Under the pieces are notes generated by a model. It saw nothing but the letters and a program-made list of their open reading frames with translations. It did not search any database and was not told the origin of the DNA. This document shows, piece after piece, positions 46,095 through 54,420 of a stretch of DNA of 64,000 bases (the first letter of the stretch is position 1; each line of letters starts with the position of its first letter). The stretch is taken from sequence record MZ475897.1, one strand, 5' to 3'. Both the position numbers and the translations under genes were made by a program.

Positions 46095-46399
46095 GCGTGA
46101 TCGACCTCATCGGTTGTGATGCGTTGTTGACGTCTGGCCTTGAGGGCGACTTGAGCCATCATACCGTTCTTGACCATTTGCTGCAACTCTTCATCAGTCA
46201 GTGCGCTCATCGCCTGTTTGATATGACTGAGATTAGCGAGGTCACGAGGGTCGAAGTGATCAGAATGTTTGTGGACGACAGCACTGCCAAGACGACCAAC
46301 ATCCATTCCTGCACAACGATGCCAGACTTCATCCGCATCAGGGTCAGTCTGCACAAGCAGCGTGCCGTGACGCTCAACGTCATGAATGTTACGACTCAT
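46070..46399 (-). CDS. Hypothetical protein
   Basis: Start reassigned to ATG 46399 (MSRNIH) with GGGAG RBS. Confidence 0.65.
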   Translation of the reverse strand: MSRNIHDVERHGTLLVQTDPDADEVWHRCAGMDVGRLGSAVVHKHSDHFDPRDLANLSHIKQAMSALTDEELQQMVKNGMMAQVALKARRQQRITTDEVDHACQSTINF

Positions 46400-46400
46400 A

Positions 46401-47114
46401 TCAAACTCCCTGATTAGCAACGTAGGTGTCGGTGATGTTCGCAGTCTTCTCAACGTTACCGCGAATGTAACCTATCTCAAACACCTGCACATTATGTTTG
46501 ACCACAGCTTCACCGTCAGTCTCACACGCACCGCTATGAATGTCCAAGAAAGCCTGACACAATCGGTCAGTAACAGGCTTAGCTAAGATCTTCATCAGCG
46601 TATGCTTCTGGACAGCAGTCATCTTGATCGGCAGTGCATCAATCTCACGCTCGATAGACTTGCGCCCGCCACCGTACACCCAACGACAAATAGTGTTAGT
46701 GATTGGCTTCTGGTGCGTCTTGCTCGGCAGCTTATAGATGAATGTCATCAGGCTATAGAACAAGCTGCCATCGACTGCGCGTTTCTTCAAGTCATCAAGA
46801 TAAGCACCGACAGGTGACAGCTTACCTTTCTGAGGAACTAATTGGTCGAGCTTGAGATCAACATCAAGCCCGTAGCGGTTAAGCACCTCAGAGTGACCGA
46901 ACACAAAGACGATGTGCTCTGGCAGATCACGAATCGCAATCGCGTTGCGACTGTAATCACGCGAGCCTACAATGAAAATGTATTTGCGGTATTTCTTCGC
47001 TGGATTTAAGAACCCATTGGACGGCACAAAGGTGACGCGCTGTGCTTCACCTTTCTTTTTAAGCCATCCCATCACCTGCTCTGGGCTCTGTCGCGTTACT
47101 GCAATTACTGGCAT
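46401..47114 (-). CDS. Hypothetical protein
   Basis: 237 aa; coupled to sbcC. Confidence 0.7.
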   Translation of the reverse strand: MPVIAVTRQSPEQVMGWLKKKGEAQRVTFVPSNGFLNPAKKYRKYIFIVGSRDYSRNAIAIRDLPEHIVFVFGHSEVLNRYGLDVDLKLDQLVPQKGKLSPVGAYLDDLKKRAVDGSLFYSLMTFIYKLPSKTHQKPITNTICRWVYGGGRKSIEREIDALPIKMTAVQKHTLMKILAKPVTDRLCQAFLDIHSGACETDGEAVVKHNVQVFEIGYIRGNVEKTANITDTYVANQGV

Positions 47115-49435
47115 CAGATCACCTTACGACTAAGAGACGACACACCAGACTTCTTAGTGACCGTCCACTGATTGTTAGAGAAGTGCTCAACATCGTTTGG
47201 AGTTATCCAGTAGATGTTAGGAATGATCTGCTTGAGAATCGGCAGGAAGTTGTTGACGATGTGACTGCTCACAGCAGGACTGCAACTGTTGTCCGGCTCA
47301 TCAAGAACGATGAAGTTGGTGCGGCGGTTAGCTGGGATGAACGGCATGATCGCTACAGCAAACAGCAATCTAAAGCAGTTCGTCTCTGCACCACTCATGA
47401 TACCAATGTCCGTAGTCTTCTTAGAGATCATACGAGTCACGGTAGCACCAACACCCTGCTTGGTCGTGAACAAATCAAAGTGCATCGGTTCAGGGAACAC
47501 CAGCGAGGAGTATTCGTTCAGCTTCTTCTCAATCTGTTTCAAACGACCTTCGACGGCTTTCAGTTTCAGCGCGTTGTTCGAGTATGCTTTGTATAGCACC
47601 TCAAACACTTTGCGCTTATCGATCAGAGGCTGCAAGTCCGCGAGCTTACCACGAAGTTCCTTGAGAGTCTCCTCGTAGTGCTCATGCTCTTGGATGCGCA
47701 TCTTGATCTTCTGGGCCTTGTGCTCTTTCTTATCAATGTCGTCTGTCAGCTTCTCAACTTCCTGAGTAACCTTCTTGAACTCGGCATCAAGCAGATAGAA
47801 GTCGTTGGAAGGTTTGCCTACAGCTTTGAGCGCACCAAGCAATTCACGCAACGTCTCAAGGTCTTCGATGCGACCCTCAATGACTTTACGTTTCTTCTTC
47901 GGCTTCTCAATCTTCTTCGGCTTCTTCAATGAATCGAGGCGAGTGTTGAGCTTGTCATACTTCTTGGCAGACTCAAACTGCTCTTCCATTTTATCCAACA
48001 GCTTACCGACCTTCTTCATACGAGCTTGAAGTTCTTCACGGTCGAGCTTCGGCTTCTTGACCTTGTTGTCCTTGAGAGCCTGGAGTTCAGCAGACAACGC
48101 ATAGTAGTCCAGAGCTTCGATGCAGTCATCAACAGTAGCCCGTGCACGGGTTGCCGCTTTAGCCATCGACTTCATATCAACATCCTGAGAACACGTAGGG
48201 CACTTTGTACCTTCAACATGTTCGGACAGATGCTCAAATGCTTTTACGATTGCTCGCGCTTCTGCTCGCGCATCACGAGCTTCTTCCTCAGTTCGTTTAG
48301 GACTTTTGAGCTTAGATAGCCGCTTTTCCAATTGTTTGACTGAGGACTGCCATGCTCGGTATTCTTCTTGCTGGCCATCAATCTCCTCCAGGAGCTGTTC
48401 GATTTCTTCCTCTTCGGCCACCAGCTTGCGATGCTTCTTGCTTGCGGCTTTGCTATCAAAGTCCGAGCAATCGCCGAGTTCTTCAAGTTGCTTGTGCAGC
48501 TTTTTCAGATCTGCCTTATACTCTTCCAGCAGTTCCTCATACTCGGCGTACATGTCGTGCAGTGCAAGGTCGGAGCGGAGTTTCTTTAGCTCCTGTTTGG
48601 GATCATCTGCCTCAATGCCAAGCGTGTCGAGTTGATGCTTAATCTTCTCATACTTCTTGGCAGTGTTGCGTTCAGTGCTTACTTCAACCAGACGCTCGGA
48701 CAAGTTGTTGCGCTTGGCCTTGAGCTTGTCGATCATGCTGATGATACTTTTCAGCGTGTTCTTTTCTTCTGCATGGATGTCCAGCGCGTTTTGCTTACGC
48801 TGCATAACGTCCAGCATATCGGCCAGGCCCTTAGATTCTGTCTCGGCATCTTTTGCCAGATCAAGTTTCTTCTTGAGCGCTGCGCGAATGTTATCGAACA
48901 CATCGAGGTTGAACAAGCTGGTCAGGTACTTGAGACGATCAGCAGGAGCAGCACGCTGGAACGGATGAGAGATCTGCGACTGGATGTAGCAGTAGCTGTA
49001 GAACTCATCTTTAGACAGAGGCCAGTGCTTCTGTACCCAAGAGCGTGCAACGTCCTGACGACCAACCTTCTGGTCTTCGCCGTTGTAGAATACCTGATAC
49101 TTGGTAGACGACTGCACGACACGAACAATGCCACCAAGCGGTGACTTCCATGACAGGTCAATCGAGCTACCCTTGCCGAGCATGTTACCCTTGTCTTTCT
49201 TTTTCATCGCAAGGGGATCAGCTTCATACAGCAAGGTAGGTATTGCAGCGAACAGCATACTCTTACCTACGCCGTTCGTGTTTTCCTTAACGTCTGGACT
49301 ATCGAGGTTCTTTCCGCAGATTGTTGCGAAGCCCTCTTTGTCAAGGCCATCAATGTCGAGTTCCTTGTACACGCCAACGTCGCGCAAGTGAATCTCTTTC
49401 AGGCCAATACCGTGTTGCTGTTTTACTTTCGCCAT
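47114..49435 (-). CDS. sbcC: SbcC/Rad50 (T4 gp46-like) ABC ATPase
   Basis: 773 aa; Walker A NGVGKS, Q-loop YIQSQ, long coiled coil with CPTC zinc hook, signature MSGAE, Walker B/D-loop IVLDEPD. Confidence 0.9.
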   Translation of the reverse strand: MAKVKQQHGIGLKEIHLRDVGVYKELDIDGLDKEGFATICGKNLDSPDVKENTNGVGKSMLFAAIPTLLYEADPLAMKKKDKGNMLGKGSSIDLSWKSPLGGIVRVVQSSTKYQVFYNGEDQKVGRQDVARSWVQKHWPLSKDEFYSYCYIQSQISHPFQRAAPADRLKYLTSLFNLDVFDNIRAALKKKLDLAKDAETESKGLADMLDVMQRKQNALDIHAEEKNTLKSIISMIDKLKAKRNNLSERLVEVSTERNTAKKYEKIKHQLDTLGIEADDPKQELKKLRSDLALHDMYAEYEELLEEYKADLKKLHKQLEELGDCSDFDSKAASKKHRKLVAEEEEIEQLLEEIDGQQEEYRAWQSSVKQLEKRLSKLKSPKRTEEEARDARAEARAIVKAFEHLSEHVEGTKCPTCSQDVDMKSMAKAATRARATVDDCIEALDYYALSAELQALKDNKVKKPKLDREELQARMKKVGKLLDKMEEQFESAKKYDKLNTRLDSLKKPKKIEKPKKKRKVIEGRIEDLETLRELLGALKAVGKPSNDFYLLDAEFKKVTQEVEKLTDDIDKKEHKAQKIKMRIQEHEHYEETLKELRGKLADLQPLIDKRKVFEVLYKAYSNNALKLKAVEGRLKQIEKKLNEYSSLVFPEPMHFDLFTTKQGVGATVTRMISKKTTDIGIMSGAETNCFRLLFAVAIMPFIPANRRTNFIVLDEPDNSCSPAVSSHIVNNFLPILKQIIPNIYWITPNDVEHFSNNQWTVTKKSGVSSLSRKVI

Positions 49436-49629
49436 TAGATATACTCGAAGGCTTCTTCCTGAATCAAACCTTTACCGTGAGTCTGCTCGAAGATTTCGAT
49501 TTCATCATCGGTGTAAGGCTCAGCAGATTCTGCGATTACGTGATACGCAATGCTTTCATCGCGGTTGGCCAGATGCTCAGGCTTTACGATACGCCACACT
49601 GGAACTTGAATTGGTTCGCGATCAATCAT
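49435..49629 (-). CDS. Small hypothetical protein
   Basis: Start reassigned to 49629 (ATGA overlap, GGAG RBS); 64 aa. Confidence 0.55.
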   Translation of the reverse strand: MIDREPIQVPVWRIVKPEHLANRDESIAYHVIAESAEPYTDDEIEIFEQTHGKGLIQEEAFEYI

Positions 49630-49838
49630 TGGTAAACAGTCTCCGTTACTACCCACATGTCAGGGTCATTATACTTTTGACGCAGTTCTTGGAGAGCTTC
49701 GTCGGAAAGAGGTTGGCTGGTGGTGCAGACGCATTGAGCAACGACCTCCGGCTTAGAAGTAACAGGGTTAATGTCGTGATCGTGACGCATCACGTTCCAC
49801 TGTTGCTTAGGGGTCATTGAAATATAAAGGTGTTCCAT
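49626..49838 (-). CDS. Small hypothetical protein
   Basis: 70 aa; first gene after motif A. Confidence 0.6.
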   Translation of the reverse strand: MEHLYISMTPKQQWNVMRHDHDINPVTSKPEVVAQCVCTTSQPLSDEALQELRQKYNDPDMWVVTETVYQ

Positions 49839-49875
49839 AGCGCTTGCCTATGTGTAGTGTATTGTTGATGGACGT

Positions 49876-49884
49876 TATTTACAG
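49876..49884 (-). promoter_or_regulatory. Motif A CTGTAAATA
   Basis: Exact motif 38 nt upstream of 49838, heading the sbcC operon, after a terminator. Confidence 0.7.
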
Positions 49885-49902
49885 TATTTGAGGCATACAG
49901 AC

Positions 49903-49933
49903 AAAAAGAAGGGCCACCATCTAGGCAGCCCTT
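49903..49933 (-). terminator. Probable terminator
   Basis: AAGGGCTGCC-TAGAT-GGTGGCCCTT-CTTTTT. Confidence 0.75.
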
Positions 49934-49940
49934 GCATGTC

Positions 49941-50387
49941 TTAATATCTACGAGGCTTCTTAGGCTTCTTGATCGTAGACTTAGGACGCTTGATAGCCCG
50001 CAGTGCTTTGCGTGCTTCCACAATTTGTTTGGCTACAGTGGAACGACGAGCTTTGACCTGGTCTGTATCTTGGTCAGTGCCTTTCAGCTTATCGAGTCTG
50101 TTCCATTCTTGCACCAGACGATCAACAACACCAGCACGACCTACGCGTTGCTGGTTGATGCGCACAATGTCCTGATGAGTCTTCACGGAGTTTTGTGCGT
50201 CTTTCTGTTTAGCACGCGCAGATGCAACGTGGTCAGAGTTACCCTCAGCAGACTTCTCGTTAAGCTGCTTACGTCTAAGTGCCAGACGGCGTTGCGCTTG
50301 CTTGAGTTCGTCTTTGGAGTTCTCCAGTTGCGTCTGCATGTCTTCAAGAGGACTTGAGCGTGCGCTCAGACTAACGAGAAGTTCCAT
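49941..50387 (-). CDS. Basic coiled-coil protein with MELLVSLSA leader
   Basis: Start reassigned to ATG 50387 with GAGG RBS; 148 aa. Confidence 0.65.
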   Translation of the reverse strand: MELLVSLSARSSPLEDMQTQLENSKDELKQAQRRLALRRKQLNEKSAEGNSDHVASARAKQKDAQNSVKTHQDIVRINQQRVGRAGVVDRLVQEWNRLDKLKGTDQDTDQVKARRSTVAKQIVEARKALRAIKRPKSTIKKPKKPRRY

Positions 50388-50394
50388 AGGTTCC

Positions 50395-50946
50395 TCACAC
50401 AGGCTGTATGGTAATGATCTGGACGCCTTGTTCATTACGCGACTTGAGAATGCGGAAGCGGAAGTCTATTGGATAAATCCATTCGAGTTCATCCATAAGA
50501 CCATCAAGAATCATCTCACGTTCTTCTTCGTCACCACCGAATTCTTTATCAAGATCAGCAGCCATGATAAGATTGTACGTGCGTTGCCAATAGTTGAAGG
50601 CTTTGTTCTTTGGCCCAGGAAGAATCTCCAGCATCGTATCTGTCTTGCCTGCCTTTGCAAAACCTTTAGCAGTAGCTAAGTCTTGACTGAACGACAGGTA
50701 CTTGTTGATCATCACGAAAGGATTCTTAGCCTGCTTAAACAGAGCCATGAGTTCTTTTTCGTACAGACCACGATACAGAGGCATCTCAGGACGTTCGGGA
50801 TATTTAGCGATCAGATCATCAAGCGCAGGGCTGGAGCGATTAGCGTCAATCACATGCCCTTTATCGTGGAGCATCGTCCACATAATGTCTTGCTGTCTGT
50901 CTGTGTAGGCAGGTATCTTAGCACTGAGGCTAACCATAAGTTCCAT
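50395..50946 (-). CDS. ADP-ribosyltransferase of the R-S-E class (Alt/Mod/VIP2-like fold) with MELMVSLSA leader
   Basis: 183 aa; PLYRG, YLSFS and ELEWI motifs in canonical order. Confidence 0.75.
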   Translation of the reverse strand: MELMVSLSAKIPAYTDRQQDIMWTMLHDKGHVIDANRSSPALDDLIAKYPERPEMPLYRGLYEKELMALFKQAKNPFVMINKYLSFSQDLATAKGFAKAGKTDTMLEILPGPKNKAFNYWQRTYNLIMAADLDKEFGGDEEEREMILDGLMDELEWIYPIDFRFRILKSRNEQGVQIITIQPV

Positions 50947-50959
50947 GCATGTTCCTTAA

Positions 50960-50985
50960 AAGAAAAGGCGGACCGAAGCCCGCCT
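50960..50985 (-). terminator. Rho-independent terminator with cUUCGg loop
   Basis: AGGCGGGC-TTCG-GTCCGCCT-TTTCTTTT. Confidence 0.8.
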
Positions 50986-51074
50986 CTGAGTAATGTGCGC
51001 TATGCACTCGACGGTTAAGTCTCCTGCTATTGTTTTACCTCGTTGCAGTAAACGAGGAGATAAGGATCACCTCC

Positions 51075-51623
51075 TCAGACGGTACCTAATACTTCAAGCA
51101 CATCTTCGTCGTCCACACTTGCAGACCACGAACGCATAACAGAAGCATTGCCGCGATTGCCTGTCAGCATTGATTTAACTGCTGGTGTGGCTTCGATTTC
51201 GGCATAGTGTTCCAAGAGAGCTTTGTCATCTTTGAACCACATAATGGAGTTACCGTCCTTAGGGACGATCAAGAATTGGGTAGGCTTCTGGGTGACGTTT
51301 AACGTCAGGTAGTAATCACCAGCACCTTTAGGAGTCAGCATCGGCATTGGCTTCATCGCATACATGAAGTCCTTAGCGTGCATGAGTTTCTGATCGCCGA
51401 GCAACCAGATTGCGCCTTCTTCGCCTTGACGCACAGCAGACAAATCGCCTTTACGTGTTGCAATCGTTCCGAATACATCTTTATCGAAACGTGACAGACC
51501 GAAGATCAGCGAGGCGAGACGCTTCAGGTCCGGGGTCGTGCATGGACTGTTGATCACAGCCATACCCTCAGACCCAAGTGTGAATTTAGAGAGTGAAATA
51601 AAGAGTTCCATCGTAACGTCCAT
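51075..51623 (-). CDS. Hypothetical protein with MELFISLSK leader (start 51623 or 51611)
   Basis: 178-182 aa; motif B upstream. Confidence 0.65.
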   Translation of the reverse strand: MDVTMELFISLSKFTLGSEGMAVINSPCTTPDLKRLASLIFGLSRFDKDVFGTIATRKGDLSAVRQGEEGAIWLLGDQKLMHAKDFMYAMKPMPMLTPKGAGDYYLTLNVTQKPTQFLIVPKDGNSIMWFKDDKALLEHYAEIEATPAVKSMLTGNRGNASVMRSWSASVDDEDVLEVLGTV

Positions 51624-51644
51624 ACCGTCTTATGAATGTATGGT

Positions 51645-51652
51645 AAAATTAG
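51645..51652 (-). promoter_or_regulatory. Motif B CTAATTTT
   Basis: 22-34 nt upstream of the start, after a terminator. Confidence 0.5.
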
Positions 51653-51676
51653 TGTTCCTTAAGACATTTCTGAAAT

Positions 51677-51706
51677 AAAAAAGGGCGACCCTTAGGCCAC
51701 CCTTTT
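51677..51706. terminator. Terminator after the dnaX-like gene
   Basis: AAAAGGGCGACC-CTTA-GGCCACCCTTTT with A/T tracts on both sides. Confidence 0.75.
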
Positions 51707-51721
51707 GTTAGTTATTTACCA

Positions 51722-53002
51722 CTACTTCTTCTTTTTCTTTTTCTTCTTGGGCTTTTCGTCTTCGTCGTCATCTTCGACTTCGTTACCCAATTTCACAGAC
51801 AGTTTGCCTTCATAAATGTCGGCCATCAGACTGAGGATAGTTGATTCCAACATAATGTCAGCAGGCACGGAGGTACTGTTGAATGCTACCTCTGCTTCTG
51901 CCAGTGCTTTCTGCAAATAGATCAGGCAAACAAGATTGACCTTAATCTTCTCTTGCTTAACCATATTCAGGAACATCTTGAGGCCAGCAGACTGCCACTT
52001 GTTTGTGTCAGAGTAATGACCAAGCGCACCGTGAAGTACCCAGCGTGCTTTCGCTACGATTGCTCGTGGGTTGTTTGCTTCACGCAGGAACTGAATGACG
52101 CCGATAAGGTCCATCGCAATGAACGCACCGATAGTCTGAACTGCTTTGCCTTCCATTTCAATTTCTGGATCGGCTGCTGCAAGTTCTGCCACCAGCTTCT
52201 TATCAAACGCTTCACCACCTTTAACTGACGCAAAGATGTTTTGCATCATCGTGATTGCACCACGCATCTGACCACCAGCATACTCTGCTACTTGGTGCAG
52301 TGCGGATTCGGCTTTATCACGCGCTTTGTCTTTCTTCGGCATGATGCCAAGCGTGTCTGCAATCTCGGACAGTCGCTTCGCAATGATGTCGGTAGGAATC
52401 GGCCTGATAGGAAGTTGTGTCATACGACTGATCATCGTATCTTTCATCTTCTCAGGGTTCGTGGTCACAAAGATGAACACGACATGAGCTGGGGGTTCCT
52501 CAATGATCTTGAGGAACTTCGATTCGGCTGCGCTCGACATAAGGTGCGCTTCATCGAGAATGAACACACGGCGCTTGAACGTAGCCGCCAGTGGTGCTGA
52601 GTCAACGATACGCTGTGAGCCTTCAACTTTACCAGAGTCGCTACCCATATCGAATTCTTGCACGTCAGGGTGCTGGCCGTTATTGTACACCATGCGACAC
52701 GAGGCACACTTACCACACGCGCTAAACGAATCACAGTTGATGTACTTTGCGACGAGACGCGCAAACGTTGTTTTACCACTACCCAGATGGCCTGTAATGA
52801 TCATCGTTGATGGAACTGTTTTCGACTTCTGCCAACCGTTCATGATCTTAACGATGTGGTCTTGACCTACATAGTCTTCGATGCGTTTCGGTCGAAACTG
52901 AGCGGCAAAGTTTACCGTAGTCAGTTCAGTAGAAGATTCGGACTTGGAACTATCTGAACCAAAGTCGCGTTTCTTCTTCTTTTTCTTTTCTTCTTTCACC
53001 AT
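51722..53002 (-). CDS. dnaX: DNA polymerase III gamma/tau-like clamp loader subunit (gamma-sized)
   Basis: 426 aa; RP..+.D.VGQ, GHLGSGKTTFAR, CGKCASC zinc module, FILDEAH, LKIIEEPP, TMISR. Confidence 0.9.
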   Translation of the reverse strand: MVKEEKKKKKKRDFGSDSSKSESSTELTTVNFAAQFRPKRIEDYVGQDHIVKIMNGWQKSKTVPSTMIITGHLGSGKTTFARLVAKYINCDSFSACGKCASCRMVYNNGQHPDVQEFDMGSDSGKVEGSQRIVDSAPLAATFKRRVFILDEAHLMSSAAESKFLKIIEEPPAHVVFIFVTTNPEKMKDTMISRMTQLPIRPIPTDIIAKRLSEIADTLGIMPKKDKARDKAESALHQVAEYAGGQMRGAITMMQNIFASVKGGEAFDKKLVAELAAADPEIEMEGKAVQTIGAFIAMDLIGVIQFLREANNPRAIVAKARWVLHGALGHYSDTNKWQSAGLKMFLNMVKQEKIKVNLVCLIYLQKALAEAEVAFNSTSVPADIMLESTILSLMADIYEGKLSVKLGNEVEDDDEDEKPKKKKKKKK

Positions 53003-53038
53003 GATGCTATTGCCCTTTAGTTTGATGCTTACTGTCGA

Positions 53039-53047
53039 TATTTACAG
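53039..53047 (-). promoter_or_regulatory. Motif A CTGTAAATA
   Basis: Exact motif 37 nt upstream of dnaX, after a terminator. Confidence 0.7.
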
Positions 53048-53056
53048 ATTTTAGAC

Positions 53057-53097
53057 AAAAAGAAAGGACCACATCCAAAATGGAGGGTCCTTAAAAA
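53057..53097. terminator. Probable terminator
   Basis: AAGGACC...GGTCCTT stem with inner TCCA/TGGA pairing and flanking A tracts. Confidence 0.6.
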
Positions 53098-53143
53098 GTC
53101 TATCTCTGGTATGGGACAGCTATCACTAGTGGCAACAGGTGAT

Positions 53144-53353
53144 TCATGCAAAGCTCATCTCCCAGCGGGGCGTCACGCGGGAAAAGAGTTTAAATTCTTC
53201 AGGTGGGTTAGACTTGATTTCGTTGATGGCTGCTTCAACGTCATCGTAATCGTGAAGTCCAGCTTGTACGGTCTGCGTAACGAACGTACCATCTGAATTG
53301 ATCAAGTCAGCGACGACTCGATAACTTGGGCGACTCTGTTGCATCCTAAACAT
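53144..53353 (-). CDS. Small hypothetical protein
   Basis: 69 aa; AGGAG RBS; motif A variant CTGTAAACA at 53393-53401. Confidence 0.65.
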   Translation of the reverse strand: MFRMQQSRPSYRVVADLINSDGTFVTQTVQAGLHDYDDVEAAINEIKSNPPEEFKLFSRVTPRWEMSFA

Positions 53354-53401
53354 AACATCTCCTGAATATTAAACCTCAACGTTCTTGAATTATGTTTACA
53401 G

Positions 53402-53800
53402 ATTGCTTCGGTCCGTCCTTGCGATTTAAAGTCAGAATAGTCTTAAACTCCAATAAGCTCTTGTTAGAACGTATTGGAGTCCACCCTGTCAGATGACGGT
53501 CGTTCAGGGCTTTCTCCCCGCACACTTATATAGCGCCGTGCGGCAGGCTGCGCTCGCGAGGTCTTATGTTTTCCACAGCAGGTGGTCCAGGAGGTAGCGT
53601 CCTCTGAAAAGATACCCGCCGCACAACAGCCTCGCTATCGGCCAATCAGCGATACGCGGTGTTACGCTGAATCGACCTAAGTGACTCTGGCCGAGTCGTG
53701 TACAAAAAAAAAGAGTTCGGTCCCAATCAAAAAGATGGCGAAAAAGAAAGGGACCGAACAAAAGGCACTCAGCGCAAACTCCTTATGCACTGTTTTTGTA
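53402..53800. ncRNA. Candidate structured non-coding RNA or cis element of unknown family
   Basis: About 400 nt without a credible ORF in an otherwise dense genome; at least six stems (53447-55/53472-80, 53484-88/53505-09, 53518-23/53538-43, 53556-61/53630-35, 53683-87/53693-97, 53715-24/53750-59). Confidence 0.45.
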
Positions 53801-53806
53801 CTTGGG

Positions 53807-53814
53807 AAAATTAG
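53807..53814 (-). promoter_or_regulatory. Motif B CTAATTTT pointing into the structured non-coding region
   Basis: Recurring motif; no credible CDS follows. Confidence 0.35.
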
Positions 53815-53841
53815 TGACATTCCCTTTTATTCAGAAAATTC

Positions 53842-54420
53842 TTAGTCGATGGTTAATTGCATCTGACGCAGAGTTTTGAGAAAATGTCTGCGTTGAAAAG
53901 ATTCGATGCGGTACGGATGATCGATATGTTTGTTCCAACCCTGATTAAATAGCATAATGTTGTCGGGCAATTTCTCGGCACCATTCCACTTCGGTTTATC
54001 ATCTACAAGCAGGTAATTGCCTGCACCATGAACCGAATCAAGGAACGCAATTTTATCAGGGTAAATCAGTGGACTAATCACATGGAAGTGATCTATCACG
54101 TGGAGGAGTCCGCGCATCGCCAGACGCGAGTAACGAGTTCCAAGTTCGTGATAGCCACGATGAGTGCAAACACCAACAGAGTAACCTTGCTGCACAAGAT
54201 ACTCCAACGTGCCCTTTGCATACTGACGCATACGCGCATCGAGCATGAACGTCGGACTGTTCAGTATCTCACTGAAATGAATACCGCCATTCTCAGGCGT
54301 AATGTATTCACCTTCACCGATAGTAACTCCTTTAGCAGCAAGTTTCTTGCGCATCACAGGGTGAGTCTCAAAGAACGTATCATCCAAATCGAAAAAGATT
54401 TTCTTTAGCTTTTGCATCAA
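53842..54420 (-). CDS. HAD-superfamily 5'(3')-deoxyribonucleotidase-like protein
   Basis: IFFDLDDT, VCTHR, K, LLVDDKP, LFNQ.WN motifs. Confidence 0.8.
   Translation of the reverse strand: MMQKLKKIFFDLDDTFFETHPVMRKKLAAKGVTIGEGEYITPENGGIHFSEILNSPTFMLDARMRQYAKGTLEYLVQQGYSVGVCTHRGYHELGTRYSRLAMRGLLHVIDHFHVISPLIYPDKIAFLDSVHGAGNYLLVDDKPKWNGAEKLPDNIMLFNQGWNKHIDHPYRIESFQRRHFLKTLRQMQLTID

Noticed and set aside
51064-51075. 16S rRNA gene fragment
   Set aside because: The match is only 12 nt and the flanks are not rRNA-like; treated as an SD-like element instead
51722-53002. E. coli-type -1 frameshift producing gamma and tau from dnaX
   Set aside because: The ORF is already gamma-sized and is followed by a terminator; there is no downstream tau-like extension
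53564-53761. 65-aa ORF inside the structured gap
   Set aside because: TTG start about 17 nt from the nearest SD, low-complexity composition derived from the hairpin and U tract, and a terminator-like structure within it
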